The position numbers and the translations under genes were made by a program. 60,000 nt of DNA from Vicugna vicugna (Eukaryota). Below the pieces are notes generated by a model. The model ran no database searches, was not told the origin of the DNA, and saw only the letters and a program-made list of their open reading frames with translations. The stretch is taken from assembly GCA_013265495.1 (NCBI GenBank), contig MU057724.1:684001-744000 (forward strand), given 5' to 3'. Shown piece after piece: positions 35,573-48,031 of this stretch. The first letter of the stretch is position 1. Each line of letters opens with the position of its first letter.

Positions 35573-37149
35573 TCTCCGCCAAGTCACTCAGACTCTAGAA
35601 TCCGCCCGCAGGGAGGCGGCCTGGGCGGCACCTTCCGGGGGCAGGGCTGGCCACCGAGAAGCTTGCAGACCGGCCCCCACCCTGACCCCCGGCTGGCAAT
35701 CTCTGGGTCCTGGGGAATCGACTGGTTCGCAGAGTCTTCCGGGGCTGGTGTGCGGAGAGCGGGGAGGCTGAGCCTGTGGAGGAGCCCAGGGGCCATGCCG
35801 AGGTGGGAGGGCCCAGCGGCCAGTTCCTCTGGGCTCTGGACACTCCGAATGTCCCTTCCCCACGGCGTCCAGGACCCCCTCCAGTGCCCGAGGCCCTGCC
35901 TCAGACTCCTCCTGACCCCATCGCTGGGGGACAACGTGGACTTACACTCACTGGACCGGGAAAGGGGGGTGGTGTCCACCCTCTGCCGCCCCCTGCTCGG
36001 GGAGCCACGTCCCCAGGACCCCGGGCTCAGCCGCACTCCCTCACCCCCTTCCCGGCCTGCCTTGTTCTTTGAGCCTTCCGTTCAGGCTGTTTCCGCCCCA
36101 TCTCTTCTTCCAGTTGTTGAAGTTCTAACCAGTTATCAAAGACCAGCCAGGTCGCACAACTGCCCCCGTCGCTCAAGTCCCTGTGGTCTCGTATGTTTAT
36201 CCTCCATGGTGCCTGGTGTTCCGCAACTGCACTGGGGTAGGTGCCCCACGGCCTCGGCTTTGTGAGGCCGCGCGACGCACTCACCTGGGTGGGGCGCAGC
36301 GCCTGCAACCTTGGAGGACGTCAGTGCGGGTGCTGGCTCAGCCGGAGGCGTCCCGAAGGGCCTGCCCCAGGGAGACCAGACTGTAGTTGGGAATGCGCCG
36401 CTCCGAGGCCAAAGGAACCTCAGGGCCCTGAGACGGGGTCAGAAGTGGCTCCTGGCTAGAGGTGCACTGACACACACACAGGTGCACACGTGCCTGCCAG
36501 GCTCCCTCCGAGTCCTGGAATGTGCAGGCAGGGGATCCCCGTGTGGGAGGCACACATGTTGAGCTGAGCATCACCTGCTGGGCTCTGGGATCTGCCACGT
36601 GTCTCAAAAGGCTAATGAGACGGAGGCCTGGACCCCTGCGCTTGGGGGCACCGGGTGGAACAAAGGGCTGAGGCTGTGTTTGTCAGCCGGGTGTCATGTT
36701 CCCGCCACAGCCGGACAGACAGGTGCCCGGCCAGACGTGGAGCTGCATTCTGCCCTACGTGGTGCGCCTGGGCCTGGGCCGCGTGGCGGGAGCAGTGCCG
36801 AGGCAGTGCAGTTGCAGGTGCAGGGAGAGGGGGAGCGTCAGACACTGAAGCAAAGTGCCTGTGAAGTCAGGGTGGCTCACTTTTCGGAATGATGGATCCG
36901 GACGTTTCGGGGCGTGAATTCTCGCCTGAGCCCCACCATGTGGAAGAGGAAGCAGCAGGGTGCCTTGGTGTCTGGAGACCGAGGCCCTGTTGGACCGCGA
37001 GTCTCCCACCCTCCTCGCGATGTGGGCCTGCGGGGTCCCCTTCACGACGCTGCCCTGCGCACCTCAGGGGGGCGCCTGGAGGGAGCCTGGGGGCGGGCGG
37101 CCTTAGCACAGAGCCCTCAAGGCCAATCCCGCTGTCACAAGTGGCAGGG

Positions 37150-37670
37150 CTTCCTCTTTATGGCTGAATAATACTCTGGTGTGTGTATCTCCCGTTGTCT
37201 GTATCCATTCACACGTGATGGGCACTTAGGGTGTTCCCGTGTCTCGGTTGCTGTGATGCATTTTGAGTTAATTTTTGTGATGGGTGTACCGTCTGTGTCT
37301 AGAGTCTTTTTATTTTTTTGCACTTGGATGTTCCGTTGTTCCAGGACCATTTGTTGCAAAGACTGTCCTTTCTCACTGAACTGTCTTTGCTCCTTCTTCA
37401 GGGACCGGTTGACATTATTCATGTGGGTCCACTTCTGGGCTCTGTATCCGTGTCATCGATCTATCTGTCTGCTCCTTCACCAAGACCACACCGTCTTGAT
37501 TACAGCAGCGTTACAGGAAACCTTGAGGTCGGGAGTGTCAGTCCCCAGACCTGGCCCGCTTTCAGTACTGAGTTGGTGATTTCGGGTCTTCCGTCTTTCC
37601 ATAGATGCTTCAGAATCGGTCTGTGACCACCCACAGATGACGTGCTGGGGTTTTTATGGGATTGTTTTTG
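37150..37670 (-). mobile_element. L1 ORF2 3' fragment, antisense
   Basis: tttatggctgaataatactc; cattttgagttaatttttgtg; ccaggaccatttgttgcaaagactgtcc. Confidence 0.8.
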
Positions 37671-37819
37671 TCTCGGCTTTTCACATGCTGAAAGAAAAGC
37701 ACCGCCATCCACGAGTTCTGTGTCTACCGAAGCCACTCTTCACGAATGAAAGCACATATCCAGGCAGAGCGCATCAAGACACATTTGGAAGAAGTAAAAA
37801 CGGGAAGAATGTGTTTCCA

Positions 37820-38550
37820 AAACAGTGGTGCAGCCACATGGAAAACAGTCTGGTGGTTCCGTGGAAACCTAGAACTAGAACTACCTCAAGCCCCAGCAAC
37901 CCCACTTGCTGGCACAGACCCGAAGGAAATGAAAACGGGCTTCAGAGAGACAGCTGCACCCTCACGTTCATCGCAGCATTACTCAGATACGTGGCAAAAT
38001 GTGGAAACAACCTAAGTGCAGGCAGTCGATGGATGGATACAGATGCAGCGTCTTATAACAGAACATCGGCCATGAGAAAGAAGGAAGCTCTGCCGTTTGC
38101 ACCAACATGGCAGGACCTGGAGACATTATGCTCAGTGAAATGAGACCGACAGAGAAAGAAAAATGCTCGATGCTGTCATTTAAACGTGGAATCGGAAAAA
38201 GCCAAACGCACAGAAAGAGAGTCTAGAATATTGTTACCAGGGGCTGGGGGTGGGGTGGTGGGGGGACACTGGTCAGAGCGCAGACTTCTTGTCGCAAGGT
38301 GACCAGGCTCCGGGGAGCTAATGTATAATAGCACAGTGATTGTAGTTAATGGTGCTGTGGTTCATACTCGAAAGTTGCTGAGAGTGGAGATCTTGAATGT
38401 TCTCACCCCCAGAAAGCGATGGCAGGCGCGCAGCGTAGGGGGCACTGTGGAGGGCGTCAGTTTGCAGTACTTAAGTGTGTCACACCAGCAGGTCCGCACC
38501 CTGACCTCACACAGCGTCACACGTCAGCTACGTCGCTATGAAGCTGTGGG
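37820..38550 (+). mobile_element. L1MA/MB-like ORF2 end and 3' UTR, sense
   Basis: ggtgcagccacatggaaaacag...ttcatcgcagcattactc...gacattatgctcagtgaaat. Confidence 0.85.
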
Positions 38551-39044
38551 GGAAGACGTATCTTGAAGATGCAGAGGACTGCGTTTTCAAAAGATGCGTC
38601 CTAAAGAATGAGCATTAGGAAATTCTCTAAACAGAAAGGAAACGAAAAGGAAGGAACCTTGGGACGCTGGGAAGGAAGCTGGAACACAGAGCAAAAATAT
38701 GGGTAAGTACAGTTGGCTCTCCTTCCCCTCTTGAGTTTTGTGAATTATGTTTGATGATTGAAACAGGAGCATTGCCATTGTCTCACGTGGTTCTACCTTT
38801 ACGCAGAGTCTGTGCGGAAGGTGGTTAAACTGTGACTGTGAGAAGACGCTCAGGGAACGTGAAGTAAGCTTTCTCCACATCCCTGAGCAGGTGAGGTGGC
38901 CACACCAGCAAACTGACGTCGTGCAGCGGGGCACCTCTGACAGCCACCAGCGAGCTGTGTGAATGAGCACCAGACATAATAGACGTGGGCTCCTGAAGGA
39001 TGTCTCAGTCACCCGTGGAGCTCAGGGAAAAGAAGACAGATGGC

Positions 39045-39398
39045 CGGTGGCGGGCTGAGTGTCTGCGTCCCCGCCGCTCCCACACTGCACGTCGACTGGG
39101 GTCTAGTCCCTGATGGGGTGGTGCTTGGAGGCGGGGTCTGTGGGAGGGACGAGGCCCGGGGGTGGAGACTCGCTGGGATGGGCGCCCTGCTGCGGGCCGG
39201 GGGCCGGGGGCCGCCCCTCCCCTGCGGGTGGGACCCAGAGGGACGCGGGCGTCTGGGCGAGGCCTCCCTGGGAGAGGTCATGCCGGCACCTGGTTTTGGC
39301 CCCGGCCTCCAGAGCTGTGAGACATAAGCACGCACACACCCGCGGACATTAACCGCCCAGCTGGGCGCTTCGTCTCCCCGGCCGATCTCACTAAGACG
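39045..39398 (+). mobile_element. MaLR LTR (MLT1A-like), GC-shifted
   Basis: gtggtgcttggaggcggggtctgtgggagg...gccggcacctggttttggccccggcctccagagctgtgagac...ctaagac. Confidence 0.7.
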
Positions 39399-39399
39399 C

Positions 39400-41000
39400 A
39401 GACGGTATAACCAGTGACAAACCAGAGACAGAACCACAGTGTCAGGCCTGAGCCTGAGAACAGGGCTCAGGTAATGGGTCTAAATGTGCAAAAGGCAGGA
39501 ACTGCAGAGGAGATCACAGAGCACGACCAGACCCTGCGCTGCAGACAGGACACCTACGTCAGCGTGACGACGCAGGCAGGCCGGAGGCAGAGTGACTGTG
39601 AAGACACATCGCGCAAACACTGTCAGAAAGAAACGAGGCTGCGTTAGCATCCGACGTCGTGTGAGCGTCAGATTCCAGGGTGCCGGTACAGGTGAGTCAG
39701 ACTTCAGAACAAAGCAGGTCCCCGAGGGGGAGACGGGCGTTGCGTGGTGGCGGCGAGCCGGCCGCTCAGGACGCCCTGTCGGCTCTGCGTGTGTGCGGTG
39801 GGCAGCAGGGGCCAGGATGGGCCGGCCCCCTGTGGGAGCTGAGGGCAGCAGGCGGACCCACAGGTGTGACTGCAAATGGCCCATTCTCAGCATCCGACAG
39901 ACCGACTAGACAGACAGCAGAAGAGTTTAAAGTCGGCCTCAGGCCTCAGCCGTGGTGAACGTTGATGGAACCCTCATCCAGCAGCAGCAGGACGCCCACA
40001 CCTTGTCAAGCTCAAGGGACGTTTTCCCACACAGACCACAGTCTGGTGGGGGCGAGGCCTGGGGGGCGAAGAACAGGCACGGCCCGAGCGTGGCTGAAAC
40101 GGACCGGAGGGGGTCAGTGACAGAAGGGCAACAGGGAAACGGCCGAATAGCACGCTCCCCTGTGACCCACAGGTCTCAGGAGAAGTCCCGAAGGAAATGA
40201 AAACACACGTCAAGCTGAGGGGAACTGAAGTGCGACGTGGCAGAACGCGTGGGATCCAGCCAGGGCAGCGGCGAGCAGGGAATTCACAGCACTAGTACTT
40301 ACACTAGAAAGTGCCCAGGTTAACGGTCCGAGACCCGTCCCAGTCCGCCCGGAGAAGAAGGGCCGAAGTCAGAGCCAGGAGAAGGAGGGCCGTCGTGGGG
40401 GCCTGAGCAGGAACCCAGGCGTCTGAGACAGAAAAACAGTGAAGTGAGTTCAGCGGGAATCTGGCTTCTTGAAAATATCCACAAATTCAGGACATCTCTA
40501 GCAAGACTGACAAAGGGCAAAACCGAGACAGAAACTGCGGATGCTGCTGTGCCTTCCTCGGGCTGAAACGGGGTGTTGCCGCAGATCCGTGGTCCTCACA
40601 GGGGAACCGGTGCCGACACACACACACACAGAGAGACACACAGACACACAGACACACAGAGACACACACACAGAGACACACACAGAGACACACAGACACA
40701 CAGACACGCACAGAGACACACACACAGACACACACACAGACACACACACACCTTCCGGGAAACGGACCAACTCCTTCAAAAGCGCAGACTCCGCGGACTG
40801 GGAGGGGACACTCAGAATGGCCCCGTGACTGTCAGTGAGGTTCAGTTGGTAATTAAATGTCTACCCCCCAGAATGAATCTCCAGGCCCACATGGTTTCAC
40901 CTGAGAATTCTACCAAAAAGTTTTACCAAGAGTACAATTAACACCAGTTCTTCACATTCTCTCCCTAAAAAGCATAGAAGGAACACTCCCCAGTTCATTT
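39400..41000 (+). mobile_element. Heavily diverged, GC-shifted L1 ORF2 (sense)
   Basis: ctggcttcttgaaaatatccacaaattc...ctctagcaagactgac; ccaggcccacatggtttcacctgagaattctaccaa; gaaggaacactccccagttcatt. Confidence 0.7.
40616..40751. repeat. Compound (CA)n/(CAGA) microsatellite
   Basis: acacacacagagagacacacagacacac... for ~135 bp. Confidence 0.95.
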
Positions 41001-41004
41001 TCTT

Positions 41005-41081
41005 ATGGAGGTGCTGGGTGCCGAGCCCAGGACCTCGTGCGTGCTGAGCACACACACCCCCGCTGGGCTGCGGCCGCCCCC
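41005..41081 (-). mobile_element. Diverged, GC-shifted Vic-1-like SINE
   Basis: atggaggtgctgggtgccgagcccaggacctcgtgcgtgct aligns to the SINE at 4392-4450. Confidence 0.7.
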
Positions 41082-41109
41082 ACTGTCCGCTTTTGAAGGT
41101 GCGGCCACC

Positions 41110-41700
41110 GCAGGCTGCTCGTGTGTCTTAGCTGCTGTAAACGGCGCTGCCGTGAACGTCAGGGGTGCGTATCTTTTCTAACTAGTGTTTCATTTTCTTC
41201 AGAAAAATGCCCAGACCTGGGATGGCTGAGCTGTACAGCAGTTCCATTTTTGACTTTCTGAGGACCCTCCGCGCTGTTTTCCACGGGGCTGCGTCGATGC
41301 GCGTTCACACCAGCAGCGCACAGGGTCCACCTGCCCCGCACCCTCGCCACGCCGGTCGGTTGCTGTCCCTCCGCGACAGCCGTTCTGACCGGTGTGAGGT
41401 GGAACCTCGTGGCTTTGGCTTCCTTCTCGCTTTTCCCGCACCCGGTGGCCGCCCGGATGTCTTCTGTGGAAACACGTCTCTGCAGGTTTTCTGCCCATGT
41501 TTAATGTGTTCCATACACTATGCACTGTCGACAAGCTGTCAGAGGGAGAAATGAATAAAACGTTCCCATTTACAGTGGCATCGACAGGAATCAAATCCCC
41601 AGGAGTAAATCTAAGGGGGCAAAACACCTGCGCTCGGAAAAGCGTGCGGCACTGACGGGAGGAACTGGAGCGGGCGCCAGCGGAAAGACACCCGTGCTCA
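41110..41700. mobile_element. L1 fragments (antisense 41110-41500, sense 41540-41700)
   Basis: Antisense: gctgtaaacggcgctgccgtgaacgtcaggggtgcg. Sense: cccatttacagtggcatc...ccaggagtaaatctaa. Confidence 0.65.
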
Positions 41701-44700
41701 GCGTTGCCCTTTGTTACTCTCCCTGCTGGAGTGAGGGGAGAAGACTGGAAGGGCGTCTCGCCTTCTGTCCTTTGGGGAGCAAGGCGGTGTTCAACTGCAG
41801 GATGGCCCCGGGGTTGGCGTGGACAGCACCCTCTCGGAGAGCCGCCCCGTCCCCCGCACCGTGACCCTGCGCAAGTTACCCGACCCTGCAAGTCAGTGAC
41901 GGTGACAAGGACAAGGGACTCCGCAGCCTTGTCACCAGTATTGCTGCCACTTTGAGACGGGAAACCAGCGATCTGTCTTCCACCTGTTTCTGCCCAAGCA
42001 ACTAATGGCAGCCAACCCTGTATTTTCTGTTTCTCCTTTGATGCTACCGACTTGATTTTTCACCGTATTTACCTGATGCAGGGCGGCTTCACCTGATTTT
42101 ATTCCGGCTTTCTGTAGACTTGTCATTTTCTTTTCAGACAGTGCTTGCTTATCCTTGACCTTCCCAGCTGAACCCTGCATTTAATTGCGGTCTCGTTGCA
42201 AACAGAAGAGTCAGCTGGGGATGGCGAAGTGGACGGTCAGAGCTTAGAGACCGACCTCCCACTGCGTTACCTGCCACGCCATCGTGTTTTCTCAAGACAC
42301 GTAAGACTTACACTTTATGGACCATCAGAGAGGAAACGGTGCCCCCACACAGCCTGTTGCACTCCCCCTCCGCGCAGGCTGGGGGTTTACGGGCCATCAT
42401 CTCTCTGCCGACGTTCGCAGGTGAAGCCGACTCAGCGGCCCTGGGGGAGATTCGTCGGGGCTTCCGGGGGGAGGAGCAGGAGGGCAAGGAGAGGACCTGG
42501 TAGCCTCTGTTCACTGCGGAACACACTTTCTCACAGTGCAGCGGCCACGCTCATCCTGGAATGAGCTTAAATTCTGCTATTTGTGGCAGAGAGGAAAGGG
42601 AGCTGTGCAAGTCCCTCACGCTCCCATGTTCTCCAGGCAACATGAGGTCGGCAGCTTGGCCGACTGTGGTTTCCTGGCCCCTGGCCCTCTGCTCTGAGGG
42701 ACTGACAGAGAATGAGTTGCGTCACTGTCAGCACGCTGCCACTCGGGCTGCCAGGGGCCTCTCCTTCTGGAGGGGCGGTGCCGGCAGAATCTCTGGTGAG
42801 ACTGGCCTGCCCCTGGGATGCGTCTAGATGAGCTGCCAAGAGCCTCCACTCTGGGACCCGACGCGGCGCCTGCTGGCAGATGGTGCGCACCTGCTCCGGG
42901 CACAGATGCGAGATGACTGAGCGCCCAGCATGGTGCGAGGTGCCGGCTGCAAGGATGAAGGGCACGTGGGCCCTTCCCGCAAGTCCTCAAGGAATCTGCA
43001 CAACCAGAGGGAGCTGGATTTGGGGCCAGAGCCGGGCCCATCCTCTCCGGGAAGCCTGCACACTCATCAGAAGTGGGCCACTGATGTGCCTTGTTTGGGA
43101 CCATATTCGATGGACGACAGGTTGAGACCTTCGACTTCTAAGGCCCCAGGTCCCGACTGGGCCAAGTGAGGCTGTGGAGACACGGGATGCCAGCTGCCCC
43201 GGCACGTGCCCTCTCCCTCTGTCCCTCCCCAAGGAGGAAAGGTTTCCGGGGAGGAAAGGGCCGGCCCCCCAGCCCTTCCTGGTCTGGAACGAGGAAGTGC
43301 TACCTGGAGGCGCAGAGCCGTCTCGGGGCAGGAGGAAGAGCTCAGCGCGCCGCCGGTGCATGAGCCAGGGGTGGGGGCAGCCCCTCGAGCCCAACCTGGC
43401 CATCTGCCCGGGAGAAGCAAGTTCAGATGTGTGTGGCCACTTTCCTTGGCTTTCTTGTCCTGTCTTTGCAGCTAAACACATTCCTAAGGGCGAGAGGGCC
43501 CCTCATATTCTGCTCCTTGGCCTCCTGTCCATCCTCTGTCACTGCAGCGCAGACAATGTGAGTTGTGCAGATTCACAGACACTTAACTACCCTCCGTCCT
43601 GCTGCCCGATTCCCAGTGTAGATGACGTGAGTTGTGCACATCCATCCCGCGCTCACGGCAGCCGTTCTGCTGCATGAGGCTGGGCGGGGCCCTGTTCCCG
43701 GTGTGGACGCTGTGGGTGGTGCAGAGCCCTGCCCACCGGCGCCTGGTGGCCCCGCCAGCCACTCTAGCCTTTGTTCTGTGCTTGTTTCCAGGCCCCTCTT
43801 GGGGTCTTCCCGAGCTCCCCTGTCCTCCTGGAGTGCCTGCTTCCTCCCCAGCGCCACTTCCCAGCCTGGCCGCCTCCCCTGCTCCCCCGAGGATGTCCTG
43901 GAAGGCTTTCACAGACCTCCCCACAACCAGCGAGGGCCCCCTGGTTGTACTCTCACAGCGACTTTTACTTTTCTTCAAGACATTCATCACATTTGTAGAG
44001 AATATTCTTTGGGTCATAGAGAGGTGATTTTTCCTGCTGCTTTGGTTGCAAGAGAGCAGACCATGTGTTTCCGTGGGTGTGTCTGTCCAGCACCTGGCCG
44101 GACACCTGGCACGTGACCGGGACTCCACAGGTGCTTGTGGGGCGAAGGCGCGGGAGCAGGGGTGGAGCTTGTCACGTGTTCCTTGGACGTAGGGACCGTC
44201 AGGTGGACCACAGTCAGGAAGTGGGGCTCCTGGCCCCACGTGCCGACACGGCACCCATTCCTCCGGCTTCCCCTCTGAAGCCCCGCGCCGCTGGGACCCT
44301 TCCTCCTCCCGCGGCTCTCAGGGATGAGCGGGCCGCTCATGGCCACAGCCCTGGTTTTCCACCACTGCACAGCCTCTAGGGGAGGATGGGATAGGATGAG
44401 ACAGAAAGAAACATTATTTCCTGAAGGTGGATTCCATTTCTTTAACCATTCAGGAGTCTCAAAGAATAACTGATGACCGTTTGGGGGCTGATACTGTATT
44501 TCAATGACTTCTCCAGCTGTGACTGCCCGTGCATTCTAGAGCATTCTTTCACCCTCCTGGGAGCCTCCAGCTCTCGGCACAGTGGTGAGACAGCCAGGAC
44601 TCAGCTGGGGCTGCGTGTGCCCAGGGCCGGGTGGCAGCCCCGCCGGGCGTGCCGGGCTCTCTGCGTGGGGAGAAGAACCATCATGCTTGTTCTGTCCCTG

Positions 44701-45139
44701 GGACTGGCTGAGCTTGGCGGAAAGCGAGGCAGCGAGGTGACTCTGGGTTCTGCAGACGTGAACAAGACGTTCTGCTGGTTGACGTGCAGGGACAGGTGTC
44801 CTGCGAGGTCACAGCGCTGTACCTGGGCCCCAGTGCCCCTGTCCTGGGTCCCAGCGACTGCGAAGGGGGCCTGGGATTTTCCAAAAACACACGTGGACCT
44901 CGGTGAGCCCTCCTCTTCCCCACATGAGCCATCGGGGGAGCAGGGAAACAAGATACAATTATGTGCTTGCTCTTTAATAAAAGAGACCAAAGAGTGTAGT
45001 GACTGACTCTATGTTCTTGTTATGGCAGGGAAGTATTCACCATTATTCCATCAGCTAATCAGAAGTTTTCTTACATCGTCTGCCCTAAATCGTGTTGGAG
45101 GTGAGAAAGCCTCTGGAATTTATGTATTTTACTTTAAAA

Positions 45140-46630
45140 TAATCCTGGGACAGTATCAAGAGCCCAGAAATAAACCCAAGCCTGTAAAGTCAGCTAGTAT
45201 TTGACAAGCAGCCACGAATATGCACTGGAGGAAAGACAGTCTCTTCAATAAACGGAGCTGGGAAAGCTGGACACTCACATGTGAAAGAATGGAAGTACAC
45301 AAAAATTACCTCACAATGGGTTGAAGACCTCAGTGTAAGATTTGAAACTGTGAAACTAACAGAAAAAAGCACGGGAAAAAATCCCTTCACGTGGGGCTTG
45401 ATAATGATTTCTTGGAAATCCCACCTAAACCACAAGCAAGCAGATGCAAAATAAACAGGTTGGACTACATCAAACTACGAGGCTTCTGCCCACAGAGGGA
45501 GCCGTCAAAGCGAAAACATAACCTATGGAAAGGGAAAAAAATCTGCAAACCACACTTCTGATAAGGGTTAATATCCAGCACACGAAGAATTCATGCAACT
45601 CAATAGCAAAAAACAAACAATCCAATCAAAAAGTGAGTGGAGGAGCTGAACAGGTACTTTTCCCAAAGAAGACGCACAGATGGCCAACAGTTACCTGAAG
45701 CAGCGCTCAGCACCCCTGAGCATCAGGGACACGCAGGTCAGGACCACAGTGAGGCATCGCCTCGCGTCTGTCTGAACGGCTGTCGTCAAAAAGACAGCAA
45801 GCACAGAGAGTCGCTGAGGGTGTGGGGAAAAGGGAACCCTTGTGCACTGTTGGTGGGGATGTAATTTGGTGCAGCCACCAAGGGAAACAGTATGGAGATT
45901 CTTCAGAAAATTAAAAATAGAGCTACCACTTCTGGGTGTTTATCCAAAGGAGATGAAAACACTAGCTGTCTGCACCCCCACACTCCCTGCAGCTCTGTCT
46001 GCCACAGCCGAGACGTGGAAGCAACCTAGGTGCCCGCCGGTGGACGGGCGGGTGAAGGAGATGCGGTGTGTACGTGCAATGGAATGTCACTCAGCCGGGA
46101 GAAAAAGGAAGCATTGCCACCTGCAGCAACATGGATGGCCCTTGAGGGGACCATGTGAAAGTAAGTGAAATGAGTCAGAGAGAAAGGCAAACACTGTATG
46201 ATCTCCTTAGACAGAATCTACAAACATAGCGTGTAAAACCCACAACACTGATAGGAAAAGGGGTTAAATCTGTGGTTACCAGAGGTGGGGGGGAGGGGAG
46301 GGTAACTGAGGGAAGGTGGTCACAGGTCCCCGCCTCCAGCCACAGGATATGGAAGTGCCGGGGCGTGAGGTGCTGATGGGACTGGCGCTGGCGCTGCTGT
46401 CCTGCCTGCGGGAAGGCTGTGGAGAGAGGACGTCCCAGGAGCCCTCGTCACCTGGGAAGATGCGTATTTTTGCTTTCGTATCTACATGAGAGGATGAATG
46501 TTCACTGCGTTTACTGCGATGATCATTTCACGACGTATGTAAGTCACAGCCTCACGCTGGACACCCTAACTTACACAGGGATGCAGGTCAATTATTTCTC
46601 CGTAAAACTGGAAAAAATCAAATAAAAAAT
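45140..46630 (+). mobile_element. L1 ORF2 3' part + 3' UTR, sense, with A-rich end
   Basis: gagcccagaaataaaccc...aaagacagtctcttcaataaa...ttggactacatcaaacta...gtgcagccac...tatttctccgtaaaactggaaaaaatcaaataaaaaa. Confidence 0.9.
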
Positions 46631-47311
46631 AGACCTATCATGTCTCTGGTATCTGATCGTTTGTACGGCGTCCCTCCCCTTGCTGCGCCACCCCTCCCTG
46701 CAGAGCCTGCCCCAGGTCCCTCCTCGGTCCACACAGTCACACCCGGATGGGGGCCCAGGCCCTGCCTCGGGGACTCTGCTGGTCGCGTGCACAGGCTGGT
46801 GTAGGTCCTAAAGCTCCACACTTTGTCTTGGTTCACAGACATTAAAGGCCACGTGGTTGTGAACTTGGGTCTGAGCCACGGCCTTGGGGACCATACGCTG
46901 CGACGGAGGGAGCGATTCCACGGAGAGCACAGTCGGGCTTCAGAGCAGATGGGCGGACAGCTGACCCGGGTACAGCCCGAAGCAGGTGCAGGGTCCCCCG
47001 AAGGGCGTGCAGCCCCACATCAGGGTGGGGCCCCGGGGCGCGTGGGCGGGGCCGGCCCCCAGATCCCTGAGTGGAAGTTGCTTCCCAGTGGAGCTGGGCC
47101 AGGGCGGATGGCTGCCAGACAGCGGGGCAGATGAGTCAGCCCGAAAATAATCCTGCCGTGACCCCGGGGGAGTGGGGAACAGAAGGCACAGTCAGGAACC
47201 AACAGGTGGGCCGCCCACAGGAAGGGTCACAGACTCACAGCAGGTGGCAGAGCAGATGGAGGAGAAATATGGATGTGGGCAGGTGTGGGGGGTGAGGTGG
47301 GGGTGGGCAGG

Positions 47312-48031
47312 NNNNNNNNNNNNNNNNNNNNNNNNNNNNNNNNNNNNNNNNNNNNNNNNNNNNNNNNNNNNNNNNNNNNNNNNNNNNNNNNNNNNNNNNN
47401 NNNNNNNNNNNNNNNNNNNNNNNNNNNNNNNNNNNNNNNNNNNNNNNNNNNNNNNNNNNNNNNNNNNNNNNNNNNNNNNNNNNNNNNNNNNNNNNNNNNN
47501 NNNNNNNNNNNNNNNNNNNNNNNNNNNNNNNNNNNNNNNNNNNNNNNNNNNNNNNNNNNNNNNNNNNNNNNNNNNNNNNNNNNNNNNNNNNNNNNNNNNN
47601 NNNNNNNNNNNNNNNNNNNNNNNNNNNNNNNNNNNNNNNNNNNNNNNNNNNNNNNNNNNNNNNNNNNNNNNNNNNNNNNNNNNNNNNNNNNNNNNNNNNN
47701 NNNNNNNNNNNNNNNNNNNNNNNNNNNNNNNNNNNNNNNNNNNNNNNNNNNNNNNNNNNNNNNNNNNNNNNNNNNNNNNNNNNNNNNNNNNNNNNNNNNN
47801 NNNNNNNNNNNNNNNNNNNNNNNNNNNNNNNNNNNNNNNNNNNNNNNNNNNNNNNNNNNNNNNNNNNNNNNNNNNNNNNNNNNNNNNNNNNNNNNNNNNN
47901 NNNNNNNNNNNNNNNNNNNNNNNNNNNNNNNNNNNNNNNNNNNNNNNNNNNNNNNNNNNNNNNNNNNNNNNNNNNNNNNNNNNNNNNNNNNNNNNNNNNN
48001 NNNNNNNNNNNNNNNNNNNNNNNNNNNNNNN
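47312..48031. other. Assembly gap (720 N)
   Basis: N run with G-rich flanks. Confidence 0.99.

Noticed and set aside
40487..40941. CV- and HT-repeat ORFs
   Set aside because: Translations of the (CA)n microsatellite.
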